64,000 nt of DNA from a bacterium. GTDB lineage: Bacteria > Patescibacteriota > Minisyncoccia > UBA6257 > UBA9933. This document shows, one piece after another, positions 1 through 10,026 of the stretch (positions are counted from its first letter, which is position 1; every line of letters starts with the position of its first letter). The stretch lies in assembly GCA_021796335.1 (NCBI GenBank), contig JAJYHZ010000002.1, positions 29,728 to 93,727 on the forward strand, in the 5' to 3' direction. The position numbers were made by a program, and so were the translations under genes. The notes beneath the pieces are model-generated. The model was not told the origin of the DNA. It ran no database searches and worked only from the letters and a program-made list of their open reading frames with translations.

Positions 1-100
1 TTTTGCAAATAAAAATTGTTGATAAGTCTCAAATAATCAGCATTAACGGCAATTTCTTGAGAATAAAATTAACTTGATTCTTTAAATTGAAAAAGAAATT

Positions 101-619
101 TTATCTTATTCCGGTATCAAGGCTTATGTTTAAAGTAACGGTTTGCTGCGATTCGATTGTAATAAGCTTGGGAACTTGGGAACTAAAGTCCAATCCCGCG
201 CGTTTAATATCTATCAAGTAATCTCCCGGAGGCAGATTGGTCTGATAGAATCCCGCTGAATCCAAACTAACTTCCTGAATTAATTGACTTCTGTCTTTGC
301 TAAAAACCAAAATCTTTCTGGCCGCGTACATTTCCGGAGTCGGCTTGCAAGGATTATCAACTCTTTCAACCGGACAGATCGGACCGATATTCACCTGTCC
401 CTCCAAAGTTCCCTGAAGCACATTATTTTCCAAATGATTGAAAATTTCTTGTCCATTTCCCAAATAATCGGAAGATGTATCTTGAGTTTGAGAATTATTT
501 TCAGAAGATGTTGCGGTTTGAGCTTCCTGATAATTCATCCGTACATATTCAATGCCAACGAGGACTAAAACAACTGCGATAATTATAATTGCCAATGTGC
601 TGGAGAATCCTTTTTGCAT
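101..619 (-). CDS. hypothetical membrane-anchored or secreted protein
   Basis: N-terminal hydrophobic signal anchor (LAIIIIAVVLVLVGI); no recognisable catalytic motif. Confidence 0.35.
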   Translation of the reverse strand: MQKGFSSTLAIIIIAVVLVLVGIEYVRMNYQEAQTATSSENNSQTQDTSSDYLGNGQEIFNHLENNVLQGTLEGQVNIGPICPVERVDNPCKPTPEMYAARKILVFSKDRSQLIQEVSLDSAGFYQTNLPPGDYLIDIKRAGLDFSSQVPKLITIESQQTVTLNISLDTGIR

Positions 620-1680
620 TATTTTATAAATTTAAAAGTGGAAATTACAGTGTTAAATGCACTTGATAAATCCTGAAAATTTTTGTAGCTAGAACCATAA
701 AAATCTCCAATTTCTAAAAGTCCATTATTAATCTTAGTATAAATTATTTCAAAATTTTGGCCATTAAAAACATAAGCGGGATACCCTTTAAAATTAGTTT
801 TGGTTAATCTACTGAAATCATCACAAGTATGACTCTTCATAAATTCATCCAAAGTAAAATTCATAGTTATATAATTTAAATCATATTTATCCACTGGCGG
901 TGGTTCAACAACCATTTGTTTTATGAAATTTACATAAATTGAAGCAACAGTACTACTTGCATCAAAAGAATGTGCAGCACCAGGAACTTTTGATGCTGTC
1001 CTGGCAAAAGAATCTTCATTATAAAAATCAATCATTGAACCATAAAATACGGGCGGCAATACCGATAATTCAGGGGAACAGAACTTTGTCGATATCTCTT
1101 CCAAAGAATTAGGATCTGCTATTGTTTTACTTTCTACAGTATTATCCCAAGTTATAGGATACTGAAATTCATAAGTATCATTTTGGTAGGTTTTTAAATT
1201 TATATTCTCATCAGCGGTTGAACTGGCCGCAGTAAATAAAGTCGTGGTAGACGTTGTCACAGTTGAAGTAGACTGCGCAGCTTCATTATTAGAAGTTGAT
1301 TGTTTCTTATAGTATTTGTAATAAGCAAAGGCTCCTGCTCCGAGGATAAGCAGAACTAAAATAACAATTCCGGAGACAAGAAGCCATTTCTTGGATTTGT
1401 TTTTCGGAGAAACCACCTGATTAACTGAATTATTATTTGTAAATTGATTTATGTTTATTTCTGGTTGGGGAGTCGGATTTGTATTTACAGGTTGATTGGT
1501 ATTCGGATTTTGGGACTGAATCGGTTGAAAAGGAAAGTTTGCGGTGTTGATTATATTAAAAGCTTCCGTAATCTGCAGATCTGAAATGCCTTTTTCTTTG
1601 AGGTATTGTTTTATGTCATCTGCAGACACTCCTCTCTTAATCTGCCTCTTTATGAAATCTATTAAAGTTTGCTGGTCCAT
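619..1680 (-). CDS. hypothetical single-pass membrane protein with an S/T/N-rich linker
   Basis: Cytoplasmic N-terminal helical region, then a TM segment (WLLVSGIVILVLLILGAGAFAYY), then a low-complexity linker and an extracellular domain with an FC...CDD motif that also occurs in the neighbouring ORF 1689-2231. Confidence 0.35.
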   Translation of the reverse strand: MDQQTLIDFIKRQIKRGVSADDIKQYLKEKGISDLQITEAFNIINTANFPFQPIQSQNPNTNQPVNTNPTPQPEININQFTNNNSVNQVVSPKNKSKKWLLVSGIVILVLLILGAGAFAYYKYYKKQSTSNNEAAQSTSTVTTSTTTLFTAASSTADENINLKTYQNDTYEFQYPITWDNTVESKTIADPNSLEEISTKFCSPELSVLPPVFYGSMIDFYNEDSFARTASKVPGAAHSFDASSTVASIYVNFIKQMVVEPPPVDKYDLNYITMNFTLDEFMKSHTCDDFSRLTKTNFKGYPAYVFNGQNFEIIYTKINNGLLEIGDFYGSSYKNFQDLSSAFNTVISTFKFIK

Positions 1681-1688
1681 TAATAAAA

Positions 1689-2231
1689 TTATTGATTTAT
1701 TACCTTAAATGAATTGAGAAATTCTGTCAGACCTTTTAAATAACCGCTTGAATCTGCAAAATCTAATGGAAAATCTTGCGGACCTGATTGGTCATCGCAA
1801 AATTCATAATTTTTATTTTGACCCAAACTGGGACAAAAATCAGGCTCGTTTGGATTGGCATTTTTCATCTCTTCTTTCCATTGAGCAATGGGCGTTGCAA
1901 CTATTTGATGGATAACGTAGTAGCCGTTCTTATTGAGAAGCTGGTTTTTATCCGTAGTTGGAAGTTCAAAAGAGAATATTGTTTCGCTATTAGATTTAAG
2001 AGTTTCCATTTTATATCCTTTCCATGAATTTGGAATAGTTACTTGGAATCCATATTCAGTATTTGTGTAGATTTCTCCAGTAGTTGTGGGCTGAACAGAA
2101 ATTGACGTCGGATTTTCAGAAATATTATTTGATTTATTACCTTTACTAAACAGATAAACCCCTATTCCTATTAGGATAATTGTTAAAATTATGATTATTA
2201 TTGGCGTAAATCCCTTGTTCGAATCTTTCAT
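1689..2231 (-). CDS. hypothetical membrane-anchored protein, possible paralog of the extracellular domain of 619-1680
   Basis: N-terminal TM anchor; C-terminal region with FCPS...CDD motif. Confidence 0.35.
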   Translation of the reverse strand: MKDSNKGFTPIIIIILTIILIGIGVYLFSKGNKSNNISENPTSISVQPTTTGEIYTNTEYGFQVTIPNSWKGYKMETLKSNSETIFSFELPTTDKNQLLNKNGYYVIHQIVATPIAQWKEEMKNANPNEPDFCPSLGQNKNYEFCDDQSGPQDFPLDFADSSGYLKGLTEFLNSFKVINQ

Positions 2232-2238
2232 TCTTGAA

Positions 2239-2790
2239 TTATTCCTTTAAATCTTTTTTTCTCAAATTTCTCAAATCCAATATCTGTTTCTGGAGATCCA
2301 TAGCTTCATTCGGACGCAAAGCCGGAATAAAGCCGACTGTGCTAAAATTTGATCTTCTCCCGTAGGCGGGCGTTCCACCCATGGGAACCGCCATAACCGA
2401 AGATAGCCCAAGGATTCTATCAATAATTCCTCTGTTTATCACCACATCCACAATCGTTTCCAAGGGCATAGATTCGGTATTATAGCCAATCAATCCCCGG
2501 GCGCTTATTATTCTGTGGTTGGTAACCCATACGGCAAATTTATTATAAGAGATAGAAGCGAAAATCACTCCGATAAGAATTATTACGAGCCAGATTATAA
2601 TGGCTATAGCCAAAAATCCCATGATATTTTGCAGTAGCGAGAAGACGAATGTTGACAGCCAAAGCGCTACAAAAATTCCTATAATTATGTAGCCTGAAAT
2701 ATATCTTAAACGGTAGCCGGTCGGCACCGGTTTTATCGTTGACTTGATCTCTTCTCCTTCGCTTAAAGAAAACGGCAATTGTGTATACAT
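2239..2790 (-). CDS. bacterial PH-domain (bPH_2, YdbS/YdbT-like) membrane protein
   Basis: Two TM helices followed by the conserved WVTNHRII..RG pattern typical of bPH_2. Confidence 0.45.
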   Translation of the reverse strand: MYTQLPFSLSEGEEIKSTIKPVPTGYRLRYISGYIIIGIFVALWLSTFVFSLLQNIMGFLAIAIIIWLVIILIGVIFASISYNKFAVWVTNHRIISARGLIGYNTESMPLETIVDVVINRGIIDRILGLSSVMAVPMGGTPAYGRRSNFSTVGFIPALRPNEAMDLQKQILDLRNLRKKDLKE

Positions 2791-3083
2791 TTTGTTTTTT
2801 ATTTTTACTTTATATTTTAATTAAATAATAAAATTTGAAAATTGTACATTATAACTTATCCCCAAATAAAAAGGGCAGCGCCGAAACACTGCCCCGCTGC
2901 GAGAGACAAGAGAAGAATAATCATTTTCCAAACGAAGCTGAGTATATCCTGTCACCAAAAACTCCGTTGCCCGGGTAAATTGGCTCCTGTTTACTGGTTA
3001 GGCCAACTGCCGAAATATGACCGGCAATGCCTTTGCTAAAAATCAAGCCAAAATTATTCATCAATAACACCTGGAACTGCTGG

Positions 3084-3734
3084 CTAATCAGTCTGATGAC
3101 GGCTGAGAATAATTATTGCCGTTTCCTGCGGCAAGGATTCTTTTGTAATTTCCAAAACATCCTGGCGGGAAGGCATTATCCCGGATTTTTCGACGAATTC
3201 ATCCACGGGAGCCAGAGGGAAAACAATATTTTTTATTCCATAGTGCATGGGAATAATTATTTTCGGATGATTAAGTTGGTTGATTATCTTTATCGCGCCC
3301 TCGGCATCAATCGTAAAATCGGCCCCGCCAACGGGAATCATAAGAATATCAATGTCTTTTAATAATGCCAATTGATCGACGGTTAAAGAAGTCTGTCCGA
3401 GATCGCCGGCATGAACGATTTTAATGCCGTCGATAGAAAATGTGAAGATTAAATTTAATCCGCGTTTACTTCCTTGCTCTTCGTCGTGAAAACTTTCGAT
3501 TCCGGTAATTTCAATATTTTTATACTTAGTTATTCCGCCAGTCATGATAATTTTAGGATTTCCTTCAATAGCGGCGGCGTTGTTGTGGTCGGGATGCTGA
3601 TGGCTGATTGTTACGATATCCGCACTTAATTTCGGCAGAGTTAAACCAATTTCCGGTCCGTAAGGATCTATAATTACAGTGACGCTACCCGATCTTATTT
3701 GAAAACAAGACTGGCCATGCCATTTGATTTCCAT
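3084..3734 (-). CDS. metallo-beta-lactamase fold hydrolase
   Basis: HxHxDH motif (SHQHPDH) with downstream His/Asp ligands; 216 aa. Confidence 0.6.
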   Translation of the reverse strand: MEIKWHGQSCFQIRSGSVTVIIDPYGPEIGLTLPKLSADIVTISHQHPDHNNAAAIEGNPKIIMTGGITKYKNIEITGIESFHDEEQGSKRGLNLIFTFSIDGIKIVHAGDLGQTSLTVDQLALLKDIDILMIPVGGADFTIDAEGAIKIINQLNHPKIIIPMHYGIKNIVFPLAPVDEFVEKSGIMPSRQDVLEITKESLPQETAIIILSRHQTD

Positions 3735-3777
3735 ATATTAATTATATCAGAAATCAACAACGCCATTTATTATCGCT

Positions 3778-4716
3778 TTATTGCCGCGCTAAAACCAAAG
3801 ATCTGCGAATTTGATTGAACTGACTTAGCAAAGCCGTGCGGTTAAAAGGACGAACCGTACCGGCGGGATAATTCAAAATATCCGTTGAATGAATAAGATA
3901 ACGAACGGCCATGCAGGGATTTGTATCGGGCATAGCCCAAACTTCTTCATCGTAAAAATTTCCGGCGCCGGGATTGCTTGTGGTAGCAAAAGAATATTGA
4001 ACATTGTTATCAGTTATGTTTTTTATTGATGTGCCCGGATAAACAAAGGGCGTTGCGTTGCAATTTTGCGCGTTGGATAATGGGATTTCCTCCACAGATA
4101 CGCCGGTATCATAGCTGGAAAGATTAGTTCCTGTCGCGATTGAAGACGGAATGACAAACTTGACGCCGCTGATGCTTTTTTCCGGACCAAGCGCCTGATA
4201 TTTATAAGAAGCATTTACGGTGTAGCCGGCCGGATAACGGATGGAAAACCCCTTTGCGCTGCTGGCATAAACTTGAGACAAACCGCCAAGATTGGGAGCG
4301 ACTACAATACAGCCCGAATAAGTTTCAGTATTGTTTTCCAAAAGATAAGCGCTGTTCCCCTCGCCCCAGAAAATGACGGATTCATTTTTATTGGCATAAC
4401 GGATGCCGCTTCCGGAAATGGTTTGCGGCAAATCGAATTGCCGTCCGTCGCTTAAAATTATCTTCACACTTCCTGTGGGAACGGGCGGTTCTCCGGCTTT
4501 GGGGGAAGGCGAAGTTGAAGCCCCTTGATAAAAATCCGCATTAACGGCTTTGCCGTTGTCGCACGAATATGAAACCTGGTTAATGATTTTTCGGCCTGCA
4601 GCAGTTTGCGATGAAGGAGCTTGCGATGTAGAAAACTTCCCGGTATAAAAGTACCACAATCCGGCGCCTAAAATCATAATGATAATCACTAGGGCGATTA
4701 TGGCGGATCTTTTCAT
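3778..4716 (-). CDS. secreted protein with an MliC-like (lysozyme inhibitor) N-terminal domain
   Basis: Signal peptide; YSCDNG...SGSGIRY...FWGEGNSA matches the MliC SGSGA.Y / W.KGdEA signature. Confidence 0.45.
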   Translation of the reverse strand: MKRSAIIALVIIIMILGAGLWYFYTGKFSTSQAPSSQTAAGRKIINQVSYSCDNGKAVNADFYQGASTSPSPKAGEPPVPTGSVKIILSDGRQFDLPQTISGSGIRYANKNESVIFWGEGNSAYLLENNTETYSGCIVVAPNLGGLSQVYASSAKGFSIRYPAGYTVNASYKYQALGPEKSISGVKFVIPSSIATGTNLSSYDTGVSVEEIPLSNAQNCNATPFVYPGTSIKNITDNNVQYSFATTSNPGAGNFYDEEVWAMPDTNPCMAVRYLIHSTDILNYPAGTVRPFNRTALLSQFNQIRRSLVLARQ

Positions 4717-4786
4717 TTGTATTAATTATACCTTTTGTGCGTTTTTATTGCGAATTATCTGATCAATTTAATCAAAAATTATGCAA

Positions 4787-5242
4787 TTATTTTTGTGCTT
4801 CAGTAATTATTTTTTGTATTTGATCAAGTTCTGCATCATCCATTTTCGGCCCCTCAACAGTTGAGATATAGCCGACATATTCGGGATAAAATTCTTTATG
4901 AGAACTCCAGACTTCTGTTTCGCCGGCCAGTTCGCCGTGCAACGGATATAATTTTGCATGAACATAAGCAACGCCGGTCCCCTCAAAAACAATGGCAATA
5001 CGAGGCGTGTTAAACGCCTTCTCTAGAATTTTTGCAACTTTTCGCGAAGCTTCCATTAAATTCTGATAGTCGCTTTCATTTAGAGAAAAAATATAATCGC
5101 CGATGTTTTTCTTCGGGATGACTATTGTCATCCCCGGCGTATTGGGGAAAGGAGTCAAAAAAGCAAAATAGCTTTCATCTTCCCAAACTTTCCAGGATTT
5201 TATTTCTCCCTTTAAAATTTTGTCGAATATCGTTTCCTTCAT
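4787..5242 (-). CDS. HIT-family (histidine triad) hydrolase
   Basis: HIT-like motif VAYVHAKLYPLHG near the C-terminus; about 150 aa. Confidence 0.55.
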   Translation of the reverse strand: MKETIFDKILKGEIKSWKVWEDESYFAFLTPFPNTPGMTIVIPKKNIGDYIFSLNESDYQNLMEASRKVAKILEKAFNTPRIAIVFEGTGVAYVHAKLYPLHGELAGETEVWSSHKEFYPEYVGYISTVEGPKMDDAELDQIQKIITEAQK

Positions 5243-5284
5243 TTTTCTATTTTCGAAAAAATTTCAGATTAAAGCAAATAAAAA

Positions 5285-5306
5285 GCGGGGCCGTTTTCGG
5301 CCCCGC
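5285..5306 (-). terminator. intrinsic terminator hairpin gcggggccg-tttt-cggccccgc downstream of the ABC gene
   Basis: Perfect 9-bp GC stem flanked by A/T runs. Confidence 0.6.
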
Positions 5307-5314
5307 GGATTCGC

Positions 5315-6784
5315 TTACTTGCTAATGATGATATTCTGATCGTTGGCAAGTCCGCGAAAAATAGAAGATTTTTGATAAAGCTCCTCAAATGACGCGGCAA
5401 TCGCTTCGATCTGAGGCTCATCTGCGACAACGTCCTCCGAGTTGCGCAAAACAATGAATTTATTGCAGAGGTGGCGAACCGTACTTAATCTGTGCGCCAC
5501 AACCAAAGCAGTAACCGGCCCGTTTAAAATTTCGGCTAATCCCTGCTGAACCGCTTTTTCCGTGGAAGAATCGAGACTGCTCGTAGCCTCATCGATTACC
5601 ATGAATAACGGTCGCTTTATAACGGCGGCTCCTATCATAAGCCGCTGAGCCTGGCCTCCGGACAATTTAATTCCATTGCGCCCCACTATCGTATCCAATC
5701 CGTCCGTCAGTCTTGCCCCAAAATCAATTTTAAGAAGTTGCATCAAATCCCATAACTCCTTATCACTGATTTTGTCTCTGATTTCCGGCAAAAGTCCGTA
5801 AGTCAGATTATAACGGATAGTCCCGTCAAAAACCTGCGCATTTTGCGGAATATAACCGACGTGATGCATTAGGGATTCGCTTTTTATGTCGCGAAGATTA
5901 TATCCGTTTAAATAGATACTGCCCTCCTCCGGATCCATAAATCGTAAAGCCAAGCGCATCAGAGTCGTTTTACCCGCTCCGCTTGGGCCGATTATCGCCG
6001 CCTTTTCTCCGGCTTCGATTTTAAAATTAATGTTTTTTAAAACTGGAACCGGCGCCTTTCCGCAAACGTTATCATCTTCATCGGTTTCGATCGGATAAGT
6101 ATGCGAAACATCCTTGAAAGAAATTCCTATGGGATGCGTTTTGGCAATCTTCACCAGACTTGCGGAATCCAAAATATCGGGTGGAATGGATAAGGCGTCA
6201 ATCATGGCTCGAACAGCCGGCATATTCCAGTTAAGCTGATGCTCAACATGGCCGATCTGCCAGATGTTTTCGCTTACCTTTGTAGACCAGCTAAAGAGCG
6301 GATACAGAAGACCGATTGACCATTGCCTGCTCCAAACAAGCCAGGCACCGTAGATTATTATGGCCGTAAGGCCGATAACATTTACGATACCGCGCATTGT
6401 GTTTTGTTTTATATACCAAAGCCAAAAGGCGCGATCTTCTACCAAGGCCTTATCAAACCACGCAGTCATTCCAATCGTTTCCTCATTCTCCTTTCCGTTG
6501 GTCTTTACCCTTTCTATTTTGTCCCATCGCTCTGTCCTGTGCCTGTTAATTCTGCGAAATTCCGAATCAATCGGCACACAAACTTCCACAACTTTGAGGT
6601 TCAGGTAAAGCATCCAAACAAGATAAACTCCGATAACCGCAGACATAATGAGACCAGCCACACAACTTAAAGACCACAGCAAGATATAAGAAATCACAAG
6701 GGTGAGTAACTGTGGTATGCCTTCATACAAAAGCAAATCCTGCATTCCTATCAGTTTCCACCTCCCTTTGTCTATGCTTGCCAT
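5315..6784 (-). CDS. ABC exporter (fused TMD-NBD), apparently N-terminally truncated
   Basis: Walker A GPSGAGKTT, signature LSGGQAQR, Walker B VIDEATSSLD and H-loop are present. Only about 4 TM helices plus the ICL2 motif (E..G..AWFDKALVEDRAF) precede the NBD. The ORF-track extension to 6994 is non-TM and low complexity, so the start is taken as the MASIDKG methionine at 6784. Confidence 0.55.
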   Translation of the reverse strand: MASIDKGRWKLIGMQDLLLYEGIPQLLTLVISYILLWSLSCVAGLIMSAVIGVYLVWMLYLNLKVVEVCVPIDSEFRRINRHRTERWDKIERVKTNGKENEETIGMTAWFDKALVEDRAFWLWYIKQNTMRGIVNVIGLTAIIIYGAWLVWSRQWSIGLLYPLFSWSTKVSENIWQIGHVEHQLNWNMPAVRAMIDALSIPPDILDSASLVKIAKTHPIGISFKDVSHTYPIETDEDDNVCGKAPVPVLKNINFKIEAGEKAAIIGPSGAGKTTLMRLALRFMDPEEGSIYLNGYNLRDIKSESLMHHVGYIPQNAQVFDGTIRYNLTYGLLPEIRDKISDKELWDLMQLLKIDFGARLTDGLDTIVGRNGIKLSGGQAQRLMIGAAVIKRPLFMVIDEATSSLDSSTEKAVQQGLAEILNGPVTALVVAHRLSTVRHLCNKFIVLRNSEDVVADEPQIEAIAASFEELYQKSSIFRGLANDQNIIISK

Positions 6785-6860
6785 GTTAAGATAACTGCTT
6801 TGTTGCGCATGCTGGCCCAATGACTTTTCAAAGAAAAGCTCTGTTATCCGTTCGATAGAA

Positions 6861-7316
6861 TTGGCTGAAGAAGCCAAACAAGAACTTTTAGCTGCAAGCA
6901 AAGACGAGAAAAATGATTTTGTTATTGGAGATATAGGTGGTGGAAGAATAAAAAAGGATGAGGTTGGAAAAATTGTAAAAATAACAAGACTCACTGCTGA
7001 AAATGCAAGAATCCTTGAAGGAACAGATGCTGTTATTATAGTTTCTAATAATCAAAAAGGCACAGAAGAATGGCGTAAATTAATTGAGTCAGGAGTTGAT
7101 CCAGAAACTGGCATTAAAATTAACAGAGATAAACCAATTAAAATAATAGGTATGTATCAGAGTATATTAGAAGGAAATGTACAGAAGGTTGCGGATGATG
7201 AAGAATCTGGAATAATTACAAATCTTGATAGAAGTAAAGCTGAAAGAAAATATAATCCTTCAATTTTTACAAACGCAATGTTTATTAGTAAGGCTATTGA
7301 AAATAAAAATAAGTAA
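6861..7316 (+). CDS. hypothetical protein
   Basis: 151-aa K/E-rich ORF with no recognisable motif. Confidence 0.35.
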   Translation: MAEEAKQELLAASKDEKNDFVIGDIGGGRIKKDEVGKIVKITRLTAENARILEGTDAVIIVSNNQKGTEEWRKLIESGVDPETGIKINRDKPIKIIGMYQSILEGNVQKVADDEESGIITNLDRSKAERKYNPSIFTNAMFISKAIENKNK

Positions 7317-7355
7317 TTAAAAAGTCGGAAATAATAATATATTTAATTAAATTTT

Positions 7356-8612
7356 ATGGAACAATATCAATTAAAAAAAGAAAGTGTGCAACAAAGTACG
7401 CCTCAAGAATCATCTCAGGAACCTAAATTGCTTGATTTGAGTAAGGAGCTTTATGAAGGTGGAAAAGCAGATATAACGAAAATTAAGGAATATGTTGATG
7501 TGGCAAAATCTAAAGGCATTGATGAGGTTGAAAAACTTGATTTGACAGGAGGAACCATGATGGCAATTTATGGGGCGGTTTCCGCAGAGGCGGGAAAACC
7601 GGAATCAAAGGTTAAAGAGTTTGCTTTTAATAATCCCGCAAGGGAAGGAAGGGTTATTTTATGGTCAGAAAAAATAGAAAGTGAATCTCCAGAGAAACCA
7701 TCAAAATCATTGATGACGGAAGCGCCGACGTCTAATCTTGATCCTGACGCGCCTATGGAAGTTTTAGATTTGAGGCTGACTTTTTCAGATGATCCTGAAA
7801 TGATGCAACAAATGGCTGATCCTAAAAAAGCGGAAGAATATATGAAGGAAGTTATTGGACAGTTAAGGGAAATAAAAAGCGAAGGTAAAACTGTTGTCAG
7901 AATAACTGGAATTCCAATGTGGCTTTCTCAAGGTGCTTATTTTGCTGCGGCAAGAGAAAATTTGGAAAAAATAATTAGCTATACATTAAGCAGCGAGATG
8001 GTTATTTATGATAAAAATAATCCGGAATTAGTAGGAAAAGCCGAAACAAAAACTCCTAAGGAAATTGAAATAGACCTTAGCGATAAGGAAATTAAAGATA
8101 TTGATTCTGTTAATTCAGGTCGCGCATTACAAGAATTATTGGGCGAAGGAATTTCGCGAAATAAAATAGAATTGGCTAATTTGAATTTAGATAAAATTCC
8201 GGCTCCAGTGGCCCTAAGAATTTTTGACAGTTTTCATTCATTCTCTGGATCGTTGAAATTGGCTGGAGTAGAAGTATTCCAGCATATAGATTTTCGTATT
8301 CCAGATCTTGTACCGAAAACAAAACAAAATAATCCTGATCTTTTGCCTAAAGAAGAAAGGACTCCTGTTGTGTTAAATATCCATGAAGCATTAGAAGGGA
8401 ATAAAGATGATCAAGATAAAGTAATATTATCATTAGCAAAAGAAGCTGTTAATAAAGCGAACAAATTAACTTTTATTGGTATTACATCGCCATTGGAACT
8501 TGCTATCGCTGGCAAAATTGTTCATGCTGCGCACGGTATGATCGAAGAATTAGATTATCAGAATGAAAGTGATAAAGAGCCAATTGTGATAAAATCCTGG
8601 AAAGCAGAATAA
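7356..8612 (+). CDS. hypothetical acidic protein
   Basis: 418-aa ORF, E/K/D-rich, no recognisable catalytic motif; followed by the hairpin terminator at 8634-8670. Confidence 0.35.
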   Translation: MEQYQLKKESVQQSTPQESSQEPKLLDLSKELYEGGKADITKIKEYVDVAKSKGIDEVEKLDLTGGTMMAIYGAVSAEAGKPESKVKEFAFNNPAREGRVILWSEKIESESPEKPSKSLMTEAPTSNLDPDAPMEVLDLRLTFSDDPEMMQQMADPKKAEEYMKEVIGQLREIKSEGKTVVRITGIPMWLSQGAYFAAARENLEKIISYTLSSEMVIYDKNNPELVGKAETKTPKEIEIDLSDKEIKDIDSVNSGRALQELLGEGISRNKIELANLNLDKIPAPVALRIFDSFHSFSGSLKLAGVEVFQHIDFRIPDLVPKTKQNNPDLLPKEERTPVVLNIHEALEGNKDDQDKVILSLAKEAVNKANKLTFIGITSPLELAIAGKIVHAAHGMIEELDYQNESDKEPIVIKSWKAE

Positions 8613-8633
8613 GAAAATTAATTCTATTAAATA

Positions 8634-8670
8634 AAATACCTATGGTGTTTCCATAGGTATTTTATTTAAT
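8634..8670 (+). terminator. intrinsic terminator (aatacctatgg-tgttt-ccataggtatt followed by a T-run)
   Basis: 11-bp perfect stem then ttatttaatt. Confidence 0.55.
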
Positions 8671-8706
8671 TATATGTGTCTCGTGCGTTTTGAACGGAGC
8701 ACGACT

Positions 8707-8780
8707 TGGCTGCCGGACTTGGATTCGAACCAAGATGAACGGATTCAGAGTCCGCTATCCTACCATTAGATGATCCGGCA
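8707..8780 (-). tRNA. tRNA-Gln (anticodon CUG), CCA encoded
   Basis: Reverse complement folds as a cloverleaf. Acceptor UGCCGGA/UCCGGCA with U1:A72, D-stem AUCU/GGAU, anticodon stem GCGGA/UCCGU with loop CUCUGAA, T-stem CUUGG/CCAAG with T-loop UUCGAAU, discriminator G then CCA. Confidence 0.8.
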
Positions 8781-8820
8781 ATAAAATTAAATTTATGCTA
8801 AAATCGCGGATTTTTCAACT

Positions 8821-8861
8821 AAAAAAAGGCGCCACGAATGTGGCGCCATTTTATTTTTTTC
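8821..8861. terminator. bidirectional terminator hairpin ggcgccacgaatgtggcgcc with flanking A and T runs
   Basis: 8-bp GC-rich stem; downstream of the MTAP gene. Confidence 0.55.
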
Positions 8862-8866
8862 TGCAT

Positions 8867-9706
8867 TTACGAATTCTCAAGCTCTACGAGCTCGTTGATG
8901 AACTCGTAACTGCAGTAACACTTTTTTGAATCAAAAGTGTCAGGGAGGTTGGCGATGATTTCGGTTATGAGGTCCGGTACAGCGGCCTTCATCTTTTCCA
9001 TCATGGCATAAACTTCGTTTTCGTCCGGCCTGGCATTTTTGATGCCAGTTGCATAATTGGTAAGGAAGCAGATGCTTGCGTAATGCAAGCCTGCTTCCCT
9101 GGCAAGAGCGGCTTCGGGATGCAGCGTCATACTGACATAATCGCACCTCATTACCTGCAATGCCTTTACTTCGGCAGCGGTTTCAAATCGCGGCCCGTTT
9201 GTAACCGCAACGACACCCCCCGACATTGTCGGAATTTTTAACCGGGCCGCGGCCTTATATATGGTGTCCCGAATCTGCGGACAAAAAGGGCTGCTCATGT
9301 TGACGTGAGTCGCTTTCATAAGCACTTCCTTGCCTTTTCTTTTTATAATCTGGCCGTCAAAAAAAGTCTCCGGCCGACCATAACAGAATAAAGTGTTCAG
9401 ATCATCGGGCGTGGCAAGCCAACCGAGGTCAATGGCCGGATTAAGTACGCCAACGGCATTGAATGCGATAACCGCATCAACGCCAATTTTTTTAAGGGCA
9501 AGAATATTTGCCCTGTAGTTGACCTCATGAGGCGGCACTATGTGGTCTTCGCCGTGCCTGCTCAGAAAGTAAACCTGAGTTCCTTTTATGATTATTTCCT
9601 TCAGCATAACAAGCTTATCAGAAAAGCTTGTTATAATCCCACGCGGCAAAGAATCTGCCGCGAAATTCTTTTCAATACCTGTTCCCCCTATGATGCCTAT
9701 CTTCAT
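8867..9706 (-). CDS. mtnP: S-methyl-5'-thioadenosine phosphorylase (PNP/MTAP family)
   Basis: N-terminal KIGIIGGTG and SRHGEDHIVPPHEVNYRANILALK match MTAP signatures; 279 aa. Confidence 0.7.
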   Translation of the reverse strand: MKIGIIGGTGIEKNFAADSLPRGIITSFSDKLVMLKEIIIKGTQVYFLSRHGEDHIVPPHEVNYRANILALKKIGVDAVIAFNAVGVLNPAIDLGWLATPDDLNTLFCYGRPETFFDGQIIKRKGKEVLMKATHVNMSSPFCPQIRDTIYKAAARLKIPTMSGGVVAVTNGPRFETAAEVKALQVMRCDYVSMTLHPEAALAREAGLHYASICFLTNYATGIKNARPDENEVYAMMEKMKAAVPDLITEIIANLPDTFDSKKCYCSYEFINELVELENS

Positions 9707-9975
9707 TTTTAACCTCCTAAAATTTATTAAAATTCTAATATCTTAAATAACTTTTATCGGGCTAAAAGTCAAACGGTTGTATTATTGGAAAATAAATCCA
9801 ACTCTTCATTCTAATCCCGCCGGTTAACAGGCGAAGAATCTTTCATGCTTTTCGAGATCCTTCGCTTCGCTCAGGATGACGAAAATAATAATTTATCCTT
9901 TCCGAACAATAATAAATTAAATTCTTAAGGATATTTAAAAATGCTATAATTATATTTAGGTAGTGTGCATAGAAA

Positions 9976-10008
9976 CAAAAAAGCCCCTCACAGGCTTTTT
10001 TGTTTTTT
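9976..10008. terminator. bidirectional intrinsic terminator (aaaaaagcc-cctcaca-ggctttttt)
   Basis: Hairpin with an A-tract and a T-tract, immediately downstream of the pilin gene. Confidence 0.55.
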
Positions 10009-10026
10009 AAATTTAAATTTTGAAGA

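Noticed and set aside
6785-6994. N-terminal 70-aa extension of the ABC transporter ORF
   Set aside because: The sequence (MSLVIFTIFPTSSFFILPPPISP...) is not TM-like, is low complexity, and overlaps the promoter region of the divergent plus-strand gene. It is more likely non-coding.
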